The position numbers and the translations under genes are program-made. The notes below the pieces were generated by a model. That model ran no database searches. It saw nothing but the letters and a program-made list of their open reading frames with translations, and had not been told where the DNA came from. 64,000 nt of DNA from an uncultured Bacilli bacterium (GTDB lineage Bacteria; Bacillota_I; Bacilli_A; RF39; UBA660), in contig CALVSY010000007.1 of assembly GCA_944359725.1 (NCBI GenBank), positions 130 through 64,129 on the forward strand, written 5' to 3'. Numbering within the stretch: the stretch's first letter is position 1; every line of letters starts with the position of its first letter. Positions 1 through 8,318 of the stretch are shown here, one piece after another.

Positions 1-981
1 ACAAAACCATTAACAATAACAATAAGATATAAAGATGAGATAGATCCAAGTGATTTACCAAAAGGTAAAGATATAATAAGTTTATCATATGAATTAACCT
101 TTGTACAAACAGATGGAAAAGAAGTAACTCCAACACAACCTTCAGAAGATGAAAAAGAGATGTTTACATGGGATGGACCAACAGTTGTAACAGGACTAAC
201 AGATTATGGAATAGAACAAGTAAAATCAAATGGAGGACATTTAGTAATACCAGAAGGAGTAACAGAAATAGCTGGAACTACCATTCAAGAAGTTTCATCA
301 ACAGGATATGTTGCAACAGGATTTTCACCATTTGCAATATCAAAATTAAATGTAAATGATAATGATGAAAACGCGATAGTGGAAAATTTAGAATATAATA
401 TAATAAAAAGTGTAAGTTTTCCATCAACATTAAAGAAAATAGGAGGTTGTGCATTTTATGGTTGTGCTAATTTAATTGGAGAGTTAAACTTACCAGATAA
501 TTTAGAAGAAATAGGTGAATATGCTTTTGGTGTTACAGGAATTACAGGTGAATTGATAATACCAGACAGCGTTACAACAATAGGAGATGGTGCTTTTAAT
601 ATGTCTGGAATAAGCGGAGAATTGATAATACCTGATAGTGTTATAACAATTGGTGCCTCTGCTTTTGAAAATTGTGAAAATTTAACTGGTGAATTAATAA
701 TACCAGACACTGTAGTAACAATAGGAGATAGAGCTTTCAAAGATACTTCAATTAAATCATTAACATTAGGTAACAGTGTTGAAACAATAGGTAGATATGC
801 CTTTAGTAATACACAAATAAGTGGAGAGTTATATATTCCTGATAGTGTTTTAACTGTAGAAAGAAGTGCATTTGTTGGTACAAATATAACAAGTGTATCA
901 ATTCCATCATATACAGAATATAATGATAAAAGATCGGATGAATGGTCATTTCCATATGGAACTATAATTAACAAAAGATAA
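1..981 (+). CDS. BspA-type leucine-rich-repeat cell-surface protein, C-terminal part (5' end lies upstream of the window)
   Basis: Frame 1 is open from nt 1 through the ATG at 160, so the ORF-track start is artificial. The product has ~22-aa repeats of the form GEL(I/N)IPDSVxTIGxxAF typical of BspA-like LRRs. A hairpin terminator follows. Confidence 0.6.
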   Translation, partial: TKPLTITIRYKDEIDPSDLPKGKDIISLSYELTFVQTDGKEVTPTQPSEDEKEMFTWDGPTVVTGLTDYGIEQVKSNGGHLVIPEGVTEIAGTTIQEVSSTGYVATGFSPFAISKLNVNDNDENAIVENLEYNIIKSVSFPSTLKKIGGCAFYGCANLIGELNLPDNLEEIGEYAFGVTGITGELIIPDSVTTIGDGAFNMSGISGELIIPDSVITIGASAFENCENLTGELIIPDTVVTIGDRAFKDTSIKSLTLGNSVETIGRYAFSNTQISGELYIPDSVLTVERSAFVGTNITSVSIPSYTEYNDKRSDEWSFPYGTIINKR

Positions 982-986
982 TATTC

Positions 987-1016
987 AAACTAGCTTAGAA
1001 TCAAGCTAGTTTTTTG
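987..1016 (+). terminator. Intrinsic terminator after the LRR gene
   Basis: Stem AAACTAGCTT (987-996) / AAGCTAGTTT (1003-1012), 6-nt loop, T-run to 1015. Confidence 0.6.
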
Positions 1017-1031
1017 TACGAAATAAAAAAT

Positions 1032-1106
1032 AAAATTTTTTTAAATTTTTTCATTTTTTTAGGGGGATTTCAAAAGTTATGGCTAATTATAAGTATGAAA
1101 GGAGGT
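1032..1106 (+). repeat. Intergenic element, copy 1 (second copy at 27151-27213)
   Basis: AATTTTTTTAAATTTTTT...AGGGGGATTTCAAAAGTTATGGCTAATTATAAGTATGAAAGGAGG aligns by eye at ~80% with 27151-27213. It ends in the comEA SD. Confidence 0.5.
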
Positions 1107-1110
1107 TAAA

Positions 1111-1821
1111 ATGTTTTATTTTTTTAAGAGATATCAAAAGTATTTATTAATTCTTTTTTGTGCAATTATCATTTTTGTGGGTGTTTATGTTTATAATAAA
1201 AGTAATACGGTTACCACATCAAATGATGAAAAACTTACTGTTACAGAAGAAAAAGAAACTAATGAAGATGATGATAGCACGTCTAAAACGGTTTTCGTAG
1301 ATATTAAAGGTGCAATAAATACACCTGGTGTATATGAACTAGAAAATGGAAAAAGAATAATAGATGTAATAAATACTGCCGGTGGCCTAACGGATAATGC
1401 TAATACGGTAAACATAAACTTAAGTAAAAAGTTAGAAGATGAAATGTTTATAATTATTTATACTAAAGAAGAGATAGAAAATTATATGAAAAAACAAGAT
1501 GTAAGTGAAATTGTTTGTGCATCTTATGAATGTGTTTGTCCTGATAGTAATAATGATGGTTGTTATAAAAATGATTCTAATAAAACAAATGATAAAACTT
1601 CATCTAGCAATGACGAAGTTAAGGTAACTGGCAAAGTATCAATAAATACAGCATCTAAAGAAGAGTTAATGACACTTTCTGGTATTGGTGAAGCTAAAGC
1701 TGGTGCAATAATAGAGTATCGAGAAAAAAATGGTAATTTTGCTTCTATAGAAGATATTAAAAACGTATCTGGAATAGGTGATGCTATTTTTGAGAAAATA
1801 AAAGATAACATAACTATTTAA
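1111..1821 (+). CDS. comEA: Competence protein ComEA (DNA receptor)
   Basis: N-terminal TM helix, SLBB-like segment (VFVDIKGAINTPGVYEL), C-terminal tandem helix-hairpin-helix (LSGIGEAKAGAIIEYREKNG...VSGIGDAIFEKIK). SD AGGAGG at 1101-1106. comEC follows directly. Confidence 0.85.
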   Translation: MFYFFKRYQKYLLILFCAIIIFVGVYVYNKSNTVTTSNDEKLTVTEEKETNEDDDSTSKTVFVDIKGAINTPGVYELENGKRIIDVINTAGGLTDNANTVNINLSKKLEDEMFIIIYTKEEIENYMKKQDVSEIVCASYECVCPDSNNDGCYKNDSNKTNDKTSSSNDEVKVTGKVSINTASKEELMTLSGIGEAKAGAIIEYREKNGNFASIEDIKNVSGIGDAIFEKIKDNITI

Positions 1822-1822
1822 G

Positions 1823-3838
1823 ATGGATAAAAAAATAATATTATTTGCTATTTTTGTAGTGGCATTACTAAGAATAGTTTTAATGTTTGTGCTTGATAAT
1901 AACACTTATTATGAAAATGAAAAAAGTATAACAGGTAAAATTACATATATAAAAAAAGAGGATGATAAAACAACAATTGATGTAAAAGAAAAACAAAAAT
2001 ATAGAATAACAATTTATGAAAGTGTAGACTTTAAGTATGGTGATAAAGTAAAGGTAACTGGTTTATTTAAAACACCCAGTGATAATACCGTATTTAATTT
2101 ATTTAACTATAGAAAATATCTTTTATCTAAAAACATAAAAGAAATATGTACTGATTGTGAAGTTAAGAGGGTAAGAAAAACAAAAAACATTTTTTACATT
2201 ATAAAAAATAAAATAGTAGAACATATAGGTAATTATAAATCAAAGAATTATTTAAAAGCTTTTGTAATAGGAGATACGTCTTTAATAAGTGATGATGCAA
2301 AAGACGCTTATTCTAACATAGGAATAAGCCATTTGCTCGCTATATCTGGAACGCATGTTTCTGTGTTTTTAGTAATAATTAATTTTTTGTTTAAAAAAAG
2401 TAGATTAAAAAATTTTATTTTGTTTTCATTTTTGTTTTTCTTTTTATTTATAACTGGTTTTGTAGAATCTTTAATTAGATGCGTTTTATTTATGGTGTTA
2501 TCATACTTAAATAAGAAGTTTAAGCTTAAGTTAAATAGCATAAACTTAATTATTCTTACAGCATCTATTTTATTTATTATTAATCCTTATTTAGTTTATA
2601 GTGTAGGTCTTATGTTTTCTTTAGTCATTACTTTTTTCATAATATTAATAAGTGATAAATTAAAAAATAAAAGTTACGTAAACAAAACTTTCATAATTTC
2701 TTTAATTGGTTTTTTATCATCAGTTCCAATTCTTGCTTATAACTTTTTTAAGATAAATGTTTTATCTATTTTATTTAACATTATATTTGTGCCATTAGTA
2801 TCATTTTTTATATTCCAATTAAGTTTAATAACGTTTCTTATTCCTTTGTTTGATGATTTATTTTATATGGTAGCAAACGCTTTTGAGGGAATAACGTTAT
2901 TTTTAGATAATTTCAAAATGCTTTCATTTGTTATTGCAAAACCAAATATAATCGTTATTTTTATTTATTATTTAATGCTTTATTTATCAATTAAGGTAAA
3001 TAAAAAATGGATAATATTTTACTTAATTATTTTAATAATAAACATAAATTCAAAGTTTTTAATAACAAATCCAACAATCACTTTTTTAGATGTTGGGCAA
3101 GGTGATAGTACATTAATTATTCTGCCTAAAGGAAATACCATTTTAGTTGATACCGGTGGCAATTTTTTTAGTAATTCATCTATCGCTTTAAATAAAACCA
3201 TTCCATATTTAAATTCGCTAGGAATAAATAAAATAGGTTTACTTATTCTAACTCATGGAGATTATGACCATATGGGTGATGCAACTTATTTAGTTGATAA
3301 TATTAGTGTTGAAAAAGTGATTTTTAATAATGGAGAATATAGTGAAATTGAATTAGAACTTATTAGTTTACTTAAGAAGAAAAAGATAAATTATTATAAA
3401 AATATAAAAGTTTTAAACGTGGATAATAATAAGTTTTATTTTTTAAACAATAGTATTTATGATGATGAAAATGATAATTCAATTGTTTTATATGCTAAGT
3501 TTAATAACACAAAATTATTATTAATGGGTGATGCAACAAAAAAAGTAGAAGAAGATATTTTATACAGCTATAACATCAATAACATTGATATTTTAAAAGT
3601 AGGACATCATGGTAGTAGAACAAGTACTTCTAATGATTTTATTAATGTTATTAAACCTAAGCATTCTATTATAAGTGTGGGTAAAAATAACAGATATGGG
3701 CATCCAAATGACGAGGTGTTAAAAGTTTTAAGTAGTTCTAATATTTATAGAACTGACTTAAATGGTAGTATTATGTTTGAAATTAAAAATAGTAAATTAA
3801 AGATAAAAACATGTATTAAAAGAAAGGAGGGTAAATGA
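1823..3838 (+). CDS. comEC: DNA internalization competence protein ComEC/Rec2
   Basis: Polytopic competence domain (ISHLLAISGTHVS) plus C-terminal metallo-beta-lactamase domain (LTHGDYDHMGD...VGHHGS). Starts 1 nt after the comEA stop. Confidence 0.9.
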   Translation: MDKKIILFAIFVVALLRIVLMFVLDNNTYYENEKSITGKITYIKKEDDKTTIDVKEKQKYRITIYESVDFKYGDKVKVTGLFKTPSDNTVFNLFNYRKYLLSKNIKEICTDCEVKRVRKTKNIFYIIKNKIVEHIGNYKSKNYLKAFVIGDTSLISDDAKDAYSNIGISHLLAISGTHVSVFLVIINFLFKKSRLKNFILFSFLFFFLFITGFVESLIRCVLFMVLSYLNKKFKLKLNSINLIILTASILFIINPYLVYSVGLMFSLVITFFIILISDKLKNKSYVNKTFIISLIGFLSSVPILAYNFFKINVLSILFNIIFVPLVSFFIFQLSLITFLIPLFDDLFYMVANAFEGITLFLDNFKMLSFVIAKPNIIVIFIYYLMLYLSIKVNKKWIIFYLIILIININSKFLITNPTITFLDVGQGDSTLIILPKGNTILVDTGGNFFSNSSIALNKTIPYLNSLGINKIGLLILTHGDYDHMGDATYLVDNISVEKVIFNNGEYSEIELELISLLKKKKINYYKNIKVLNVDNNKFYFLNNSIYDDENDNSIVLYAKFNNTKLLLMGDATKKVEEDILYSYNINNIDILKVGHHGSRTSTSNDFINVIKPKHSIISVGKNNRYGHPNDEVLKVLSSSNIYRTDLNGSIMFEIKNSKLKIKTCIKRKEGK

Positions 3839-4731
3839 ACTATTATAACGAAATAAAACAAGAACTAATAAATAACGAAGTATATAAAAAAGTAAAAGAT
3901 ATATCAAAAAACAGAAGTGATTTAACTGCTTATTATAATGCTGGCAAACTCTTAAGTGAAGCAGGCAAAAATTATGGTGAAGGTATTATAAAAAAATACT
4001 CACAAAAGTTAACTATTGAACTTGGTAAAAAATATAATGAAAGAACACTTAGAAGATTTAGACAGTTTTATGATCTAATAAATATTGGGAAATGGTCGAC
4101 GTTGTCGACCGAATTAACTTGGAGTCATTATTCTGAATTATTATCACTTAAAAATATAAATGAAATAAATTACTATATAAAAATTGCGGAAGATAGAAAT
4201 TTATCTGTAAGAGAGTTAAGGCAAAGAATAAAAAGTAATGAATATGAAAGATTAGATGATAAAACAAAAGGGAAATTAATTAATAATGATAATAAAAATA
4301 ATGTAGAAGATTTTATTAAAAATCCGATACTGATAAAAAACAAGTTTAATACTACTGATATATCAGAAAAAATGTTAAAAGAATTAATATTAGAAAACAT
4401 GGATAATTTTTTACCAGAACTAGGTGCTCGTTTTGCTTACGTAGGTAATGAATATAAAATCAAAATAGGTAATAGTTATAATTACATAGATTTACTTTTG
4501 TATAACATTAGGTATAAATGTTACGTAGTTATTGAATTAAAAGCTACACCTTTAAAAAAAGAACATATTGGTCAAATACAAACATATATGAATTACGTTG
4601 ATAAAAATATTAAATCAGTTGATGAATCTAAAACCATAGGAATAATTATATGTAAGAAAAATAATGAATTCATTTTAGAGTATTGCAGTGATAAAAGAAT
4701 TCTATCTAAAGAGTATCAATTAGTTCAATAA
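3835..4731 (+). CDS. PD-(D/E)xK nuclease-like protein (YhcG/DUF1016-like)
   Basis: ATG 3835 overlaps the comEC TGA (ATGA). SD AAAGGAGGG at 3823-3831. C-terminal core IDLLLYN...YVVIELK resembles the PD-(D/E)xK motif of DUF1016 proteins (recollection, not searched). Confidence 0.55.
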   Translation: MNYYNEIKQELINNEVYKKVKDISKNRSDLTAYYNAGKLLSEAGKNYGEGIIKKYSQKLTIELGKKYNERTLRRFRQFYDLINIGKWSTLSTELTWSHYSELLSLKNINEINYYIKIAEDRNLSVRELRQRIKSNEYERLDDKTKGKLINNDNKNNVEDFIKNPILIKNKFNTTDISEKMLKELILENMDNFLPELGARFAYVGNEYKIKIGNSYNYIDLLLYNIRYKCYVVIELKATPLKKEHIGQIQTYMNYVDKNIKSVDESKTIGIIICKKNNEFILEYCSDKRILSKEYQLVQ

Positions 4732-4942
4732 CTTTTAAAGTTTAAATAAAAATATTTTATTTAGTATATTTTTTAAAAAATGGACATATTAAAAATAGTA
4801 CATCAAATGTTGTTACACATTAAGTTATAAAAAATATGCTTATTATTTAGGCGTAATATGGTTAACAAAATTAATTGTAAGCCATATATTATTGTAGAAC
4901 GCTGATGCATGATAAGGCGTTTTTAGATAGATTAGGGAAACT

Positions 4943-4973
4943 AAAAAAGAGAAATTTTTAGTTTCTCTTTTTT
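4943..4973. terminator. Bidirectional terminator between the yhcG-like gene and lexA
   Basis: Stem AAAGAGAAA (4946-4954) / TTTCTCTTT (4962-4970), flanked by an A-run on the left and a T-run on the right. Confidence 0.55.
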
Positions 4974-4986
4974 GTATTTTCTTCTT

Positions 4987-5598
4987 TTAAAATTTTCTAT
5001 ATAAACCAATTGCTTTACCTAAAATTGTACAGTTAGGTAATATAATTGGTTTCATGGTATCGTTTTCCGGTTGTAATCTTATATGTGTTGCTTCCTTATA
5101 AAATCTTTTTAAAGTAACTTCGTTATCCATTGTCATAGCAACTACTATATCACCATTTCTAGCTACATTTTGTCTTTGAACGATTACTATATCACCATCT
5201 AAAATGCCTGCGTTTATCATACTTTCACCACTTACTTTTAAAGTAAATACCTCTTCGTTATTAGGGATTAAATATGCTGGTAAGCTAAAGTATTCATCAG
5301 GTGTTTCAATAGCTTCTATTGGGTTTCCAGCGGTTACTTTACCAAGAAGTGGAACTTCTACAACGTCTTCATTTAAATACTCGTTATTTCCGATTATCTC
5401 CAAAGACCTATACTTAGAATTAGTCTTTTTTATATATCCTTTTGCTTCTAACGCATTAATATGAGATTGGATGGTAGCAGGTGAGTTTAAACCTAATGCT
5501 GCTCCTATTTCTCTTACAGCCGGCGGATAACCATGTTTTGCAATGTAGCTTTTTATGTAATCTAAGACTTCTTTTTGTCTGTTTGTAAGTTTTTGCAT
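4987..5598 (-). CDS. lexA: LexA repressor (SOS regulator, S24 autopeptidase)
   Basis: Winged HTH (REIGAALGLNSPATIQSHINALEAKGYI), Ala-Gly cleavage site (VTAGNP), Ser/Lys dyad (SGESM...TLKRF). SD GGAGG on the reverse complement of 5603-5607. Confidence 0.95.
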   Translation of the reverse strand: MQKLTNRQKEVLDYIKSYIAKHGYPPAVREIGAALGLNSPATIQSHINALEAKGYIKKTNSKYRSLEIIGNNEYLNEDVVEVPLLGKVTAGNPIEAIETPDEYFSLPAYLIPNNEEVFTLKVSGESMINAGILDGDIVIVQRQNVARNGDIVVAMTMDNEVTLKRFYKEATHIRLQPENDTMKPIILPNCTILGKAIGLYRKF

Positions 5599-5623
5599 AG
5601 TGCCTCCTTTTTATCACATCTAT

Positions 5624-5652
5624 ATAATAACATAATTACTTTACATTGTCAA
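5624..5652 (-). promoter_or_regulatory. Putative sigmaA promoter of lexA
   Basis: On the minus strand, TTGACA (5647-5652), 17-nt spacer, TATTAT (5624-5629). The -35 overlaps SOS box 1. Confidence 0.45.
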
Positions 5653-5663
5653 ACATTTGTTCA
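5650..5663. promoter_or_regulatory. Cheo (LexA/SOS) box 1
   Basis: Minus-strand reading tGAACAAATGTTTg versus the Firmicute consensus CGAAC-N4-GTTCG. Confidence 0.5.
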
Positions 5664-5672
5664 CTTTTAGTA

Positions 5673-5701
5673 TTGACACATACATTTGTTCGTGATAATA
5701 T
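5673..5701 (+). promoter_or_regulatory. Putative sigmaA promoter of the small SOS ORF
   Basis: TTGACA (5673-5678), 17-nt spacer, TAATAT (5696-5701) preceded by TGa (extended -10). SOS box 2 lies inside the spacer. Confidence 0.45.
5680..5692. promoter_or_regulatory. Cheo (LexA/SOS) box 2
   Basis: Minus-strand reading CGAACAAATGTAT: one perfect CGAAC half-site and one degenerate half-site. Confidence 0.4.
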
Positions 5702-5737
5702 TAAATTGTAAACAAACGAGAAAAGGAGTGGTTAGAA

Positions 5738-5881
5738 ATGAAATTGTTAAAAGATTATAAAGGAGTTGCTTTAATTTACATAGTTATTACATTAATAAAC
5801 GTTATATGGGTTGTTAATTATGAAAGACCAAGTGACGTAAGTAAGGTAAGTAATGAAAAAACGATAGTTTTTAACGCTTAA
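5738..5881 (+). CDS. 47-aa single-pass membrane protein, candidate SOS-induced cell-division inhibitor (YneA/SosA-like position)
   Basis: Absent from the ORF track because it is under 60 aa. SD AAAGGAG at 5722-5728, ATG 5738, TAA 5879-5881. Product MKLLKDYKGVALIYIVITLINVIWVVNYERPSDVSKVSNEKTIVFNA. Divergent from lexA and followed by tkt. Confidence 0.45.
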   Translation: MKLLKDYKGVALIYIVITLINVIWVVNYERPSDVSKVSNEKTIVFNA

Positions 5882-5947
5882 TATTATATTGATTAAAAAC
5901 TTTTTTTGCCTTATAATTATTTTATAAGATAGAAAGGGTTGTTAATT

Positions 5948-7900
5948 ATGAATGATGAAAGAGAAATAAGTGCTATTAAAGCACTTTCGATAGCAGAAAT
6001 TTCAAAAGCTAAAAGTGGACATCCTGGAATAGCGCTTGGTGCAGCGCCAATTTTATACACGCTTTATAAAAATCACATGATGGTTGATGCATCAGATGAC
6101 AAATGGATAAATAGAGATAGATTCATTATGTCAGCAGGTCACGGTTCATCACTTTTATATGCTGTTTTATACATGTCTGGTTTTAACTTATCAATTAAGG
6201 ATTTAAAAAACTTTAGACAAATTGATTCTATTACTCCAGGACATCCTGAGGTTAACGTAACGCCTGGTGTTGATTGCTCAACAGGTCCTTTAGGACAAGG
6301 AATTGGTGTTGCAGTTGGCATGGCAGCGGCAGAACGCTTTTTATCAAGCAAATTTAAAGGGCTTTTTAATTACAAAACATATGTTCTTGTTGGGGATGGT
6401 GACTTAATGGAAGGTATTTCATACGAGGCATGCTCACTTGCAGGACATTTGCGTCTTGGTAATTTAATCGTTTTATATGACTCAAATAACGTTACTTTAG
6501 ATTCTGATTTAAATAAGAGTTTTAGTGAGGATGTACTTAAAAGATTTGATGCTATGGGTTGGCATACGGATGTTGTTTTAGATGGTAATAATCCAATTTT
6601 AATTGACATGGCAATATCAAAGGCAAAATCAAGAAGCGATAAACCATCATTTATACAAATAAAAACAACCATTGGAAAAGGATCTATTTTAGAAGGTACT
6701 AATAAAGTTCATGGTGCTCCTTTAACTAAAGAAGATGTAAGACAACTAAGAGATAAATTAAAACTTGATACGGATTTATTTTCAAACATTAGCACTTTAA
6801 GACGTGAAATGGCTTTGTTTATTAAAAACAGAGTAACTCATGATAAAAATAAATGGCAAACTAAGTATAATGCATACATTAATTCTTGTGATGACGAGAC
6901 CAAAAGGTTCTTAGAATCTTTAAGTATGGATAAAAGATATGACGTAACAAAGCTATTTAAAGATACTATCTTTGAAGATGATGAGTTAAGAAAAATAAAT
7001 GGTATGGTAATGAATAAAATCGCGGATAATTATCCTTGCTTTTTAGGAGGATCAGCGGATTTATCATCATCATGTAAAACATACTTAAATAACTTTAACG
7101 ATTTTTCTAAGGATAATTTTGGTGGTAAAAACTTTTTCTTTGGAGTAAGAGAACATGAAATGGGAGCGTTTATAAATGGTCTTGCATTATCTGGGTTAAG
7201 ACCTTTTGCATCAACTTTTTTAGCGTTTTCAGATTATTTAAAACCTGCAATTAGAATGGCCTGTTTAATGAATATTCCAAGTACTTTTGTTTTCACACAT
7301 GATTCTGTAATTATTGGCGAAGACGGACCAACACACCAGCCAGTAGAACAACTTGCAAGTTTAAGAAGCATTCCTAATCATTATGTTTATAGACCTTGTG
7401 ATGCTAATGAAATAATAGGTTCATGGCAAACAATTTTAAATAATGATAAACCATCTTCGATAATATTATCTAGGAGTAAATGTCCTAATTTGGATTGTAC
7501 GGATCCTTTAAGCGTTAAAAAAGGAGCATACATAATAAGAAAGGAAAAGAAAAGGTTATTTGGAATTATAATTGCAACCGGATCAGAAGTTGCTCTTGCA
7601 CTTTCTATTGCGGAAAAACTATCTTTAAAAGGTATGGAAATAAGGGTTGTATCTATGCCTTGCATGCGTCTTTTTGAAGAACAGCCAAAAGCATATAAAG
7701 AAGAAGTGTTACCAGTAGGTTATAAAACATTTGTAATAGAGCGTGCATCTAAATTTGGATGGCACAAATACGTTTATAATGATAAATACATAATGGGAAT
7801 AGATGAGTTTGGTTATTCTGGTAAGAAAGACGATGTATTAGAAAAACTAAAACTTGATGATGATACTATCTACAAAAGAATAGAGAAATTATTGAAGTAA
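5948..7900 (+). CDS. tkt: Transketolase
   Basis: TPP-binding motifs (SGHPG, GDGDLMEGISYEA) and full-length similarity to bacterial Tkt. ATG 5948 sits 9 nt after AAAGGG, so it is preferred over the track's TTG at 5939. Confidence 0.95.
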   Translation: MNDEREISAIKALSIAEISKAKSGHPGIALGAAPILYTLYKNHMMVDASDDKWINRDRFIMSAGHGSSLLYAVLYMSGFNLSIKDLKNFRQIDSITPGHPEVNVTPGVDCSTGPLGQGIGVAVGMAAAERFLSSKFKGLFNYKTYVLVGDGDLMEGISYEACSLAGHLRLGNLIVLYDSNNVTLDSDLNKSFSEDVLKRFDAMGWHTDVVLDGNNPILIDMAISKAKSRSDKPSFIQIKTTIGKGSILEGTNKVHGAPLTKEDVRQLRDKLKLDTDLFSNISTLRREMALFIKNRVTHDKNKWQTKYNAYINSCDDETKRFLESLSMDKRYDVTKLFKDTIFEDDELRKINGMVMNKIADNYPCFLGGSADLSSSCKTYLNNFNDFSKDNFGGKNFFFGVREHEMGAFINGLALSGLRPFASTFLAFSDYLKPAIRMACLMNIPSTFVFTHDSVIIGEDGPTHQPVEQLASLRSIPNHYVYRPCDANEIIGSWQTILNNDKPSSIILSRSKCPNLDCTDPLSVKKGAYIIRKEKKRLFGIIIATGSEVALALSIAEKLSLKGMEIRVVSMPCMRLFEEQPKAYKEEVLPVGYKTFVIERASKFGWHKYVYNDKYIMGIDEFGYSGKKDDVLEKLKLDDDTIYKRIEKLLK

Positions 7901-7952
7901 TAAAATGTCTAAAATTGCATAAAATAGTAGTGGGATTTTAAATCCTAATACA

Positions 7953-7981
7953 TTGACTTTTAAAGTTAAATATAGTATATT
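7953..7981 (+). promoter_or_regulatory. Putative orphan sigmaA promoter
   Basis: TTGACT (7953-7958), 17-nt spacer, TATATT (7976-7981), downstream of the tkt stop. Confidence 0.35.
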
Positions 7982-8066
7982 TAATTCGTACATTAATTGT
8001 ACTAAAAAGTAAATGTTAATCGCTCTCGGGTGGTGCGAGCAATAAATTATCCCGATTGAAAATTTA

Positions 8067-8103
8067 GAAGACTTTGTCATATTACGACAAGGTTTTCTTT
8101 TTT
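8067..8103 (+). terminator. Strong intrinsic terminator closing a ~115-nt non-coding unit
   Basis: 12-bp stem GAAGACTTTGTC (8067-8078) / GACAAGGTTTTC (8086-8097) with two G-U pairs, followed by TTTTTT (8098-8103). Confidence 0.7.
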
Positions 8104-8140
8104 AATGTTTATAATAACTTCCCGTTAGTTTTAGGAGGTT

Positions 8141-8260
8141 ATGATGAAATTACAACCTGGATATTTATATCATATAAAAGATGAGTATTTTGATTTTATA
8201 AATGATGAGAATTTATTTTTTTGTGACACAAATATTAAAGATGTTAAAGTAAATAAGTAG
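8141..8260 (+). CDS. 39-aa ORF with a strong SD, possibly the remnant of a larger gene
   Basis: AGGAGG at 8133-8138, ATG 8141, TAG 8258-8260. Product MMKLQPGYLYHIKDEYFDFINDENLFFCDTNIKDVKVNK. Confidence 0.3.
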   Translation: MMKLQPGYLYHIKDEYFDFINDENLFFCDTNIKDVKVNK

Positions 8261-8318
8261 TATTATTAATTTATTTATGCTATCATATGTTTATAGGAGG
8301 TTTTATAAATGGCTATAA

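Noticed and set aside
456-974. Long antisense ORFs inside well-supported genes (for example 456-974, 12409-12690, 22545-23009, 29342-29725, 54864-55256, 59543-59998)
   Set aside because: Each is antisense to, or out of frame with, a gene that has clear family motifs. Their products are Ser/Leu/Phe-rich low-complexity sequences typical of the reverse frame of K/E-rich AT-rich genes, and none has an SD.
4732-4942. Possible small RNA in the 255-nt convergent gap between the yhcG-like gene and lexA
   Set aside because: I found only weak hairpins (ATATGG...CCATAT and AACGC...GCGTT with a 14-nt loop) and no convincing promoter-terminator pair. The evidence is insufficient.
7889-8080. 63-aa minus-strand ORF downstream of tkt
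   Set aside because: There is no SD upstream of its ATG. It starts inside the + strand terminator stem and runs antisense through the putative promoter, and its composition is that of a random AT-rich frame.
8021-8260. Type III toxin-antitoxin (ToxIN/AbiQ-like) interpretation of the terminator-bounded RNA plus the 39-aa ORF
   Set aside because: Type III antitoxins are tandem direct RNA repeats, and I see no repeats in 7985-8066. The ORF is far too short for a ToxN-family toxin. I kept it only as a possible gene remnant.
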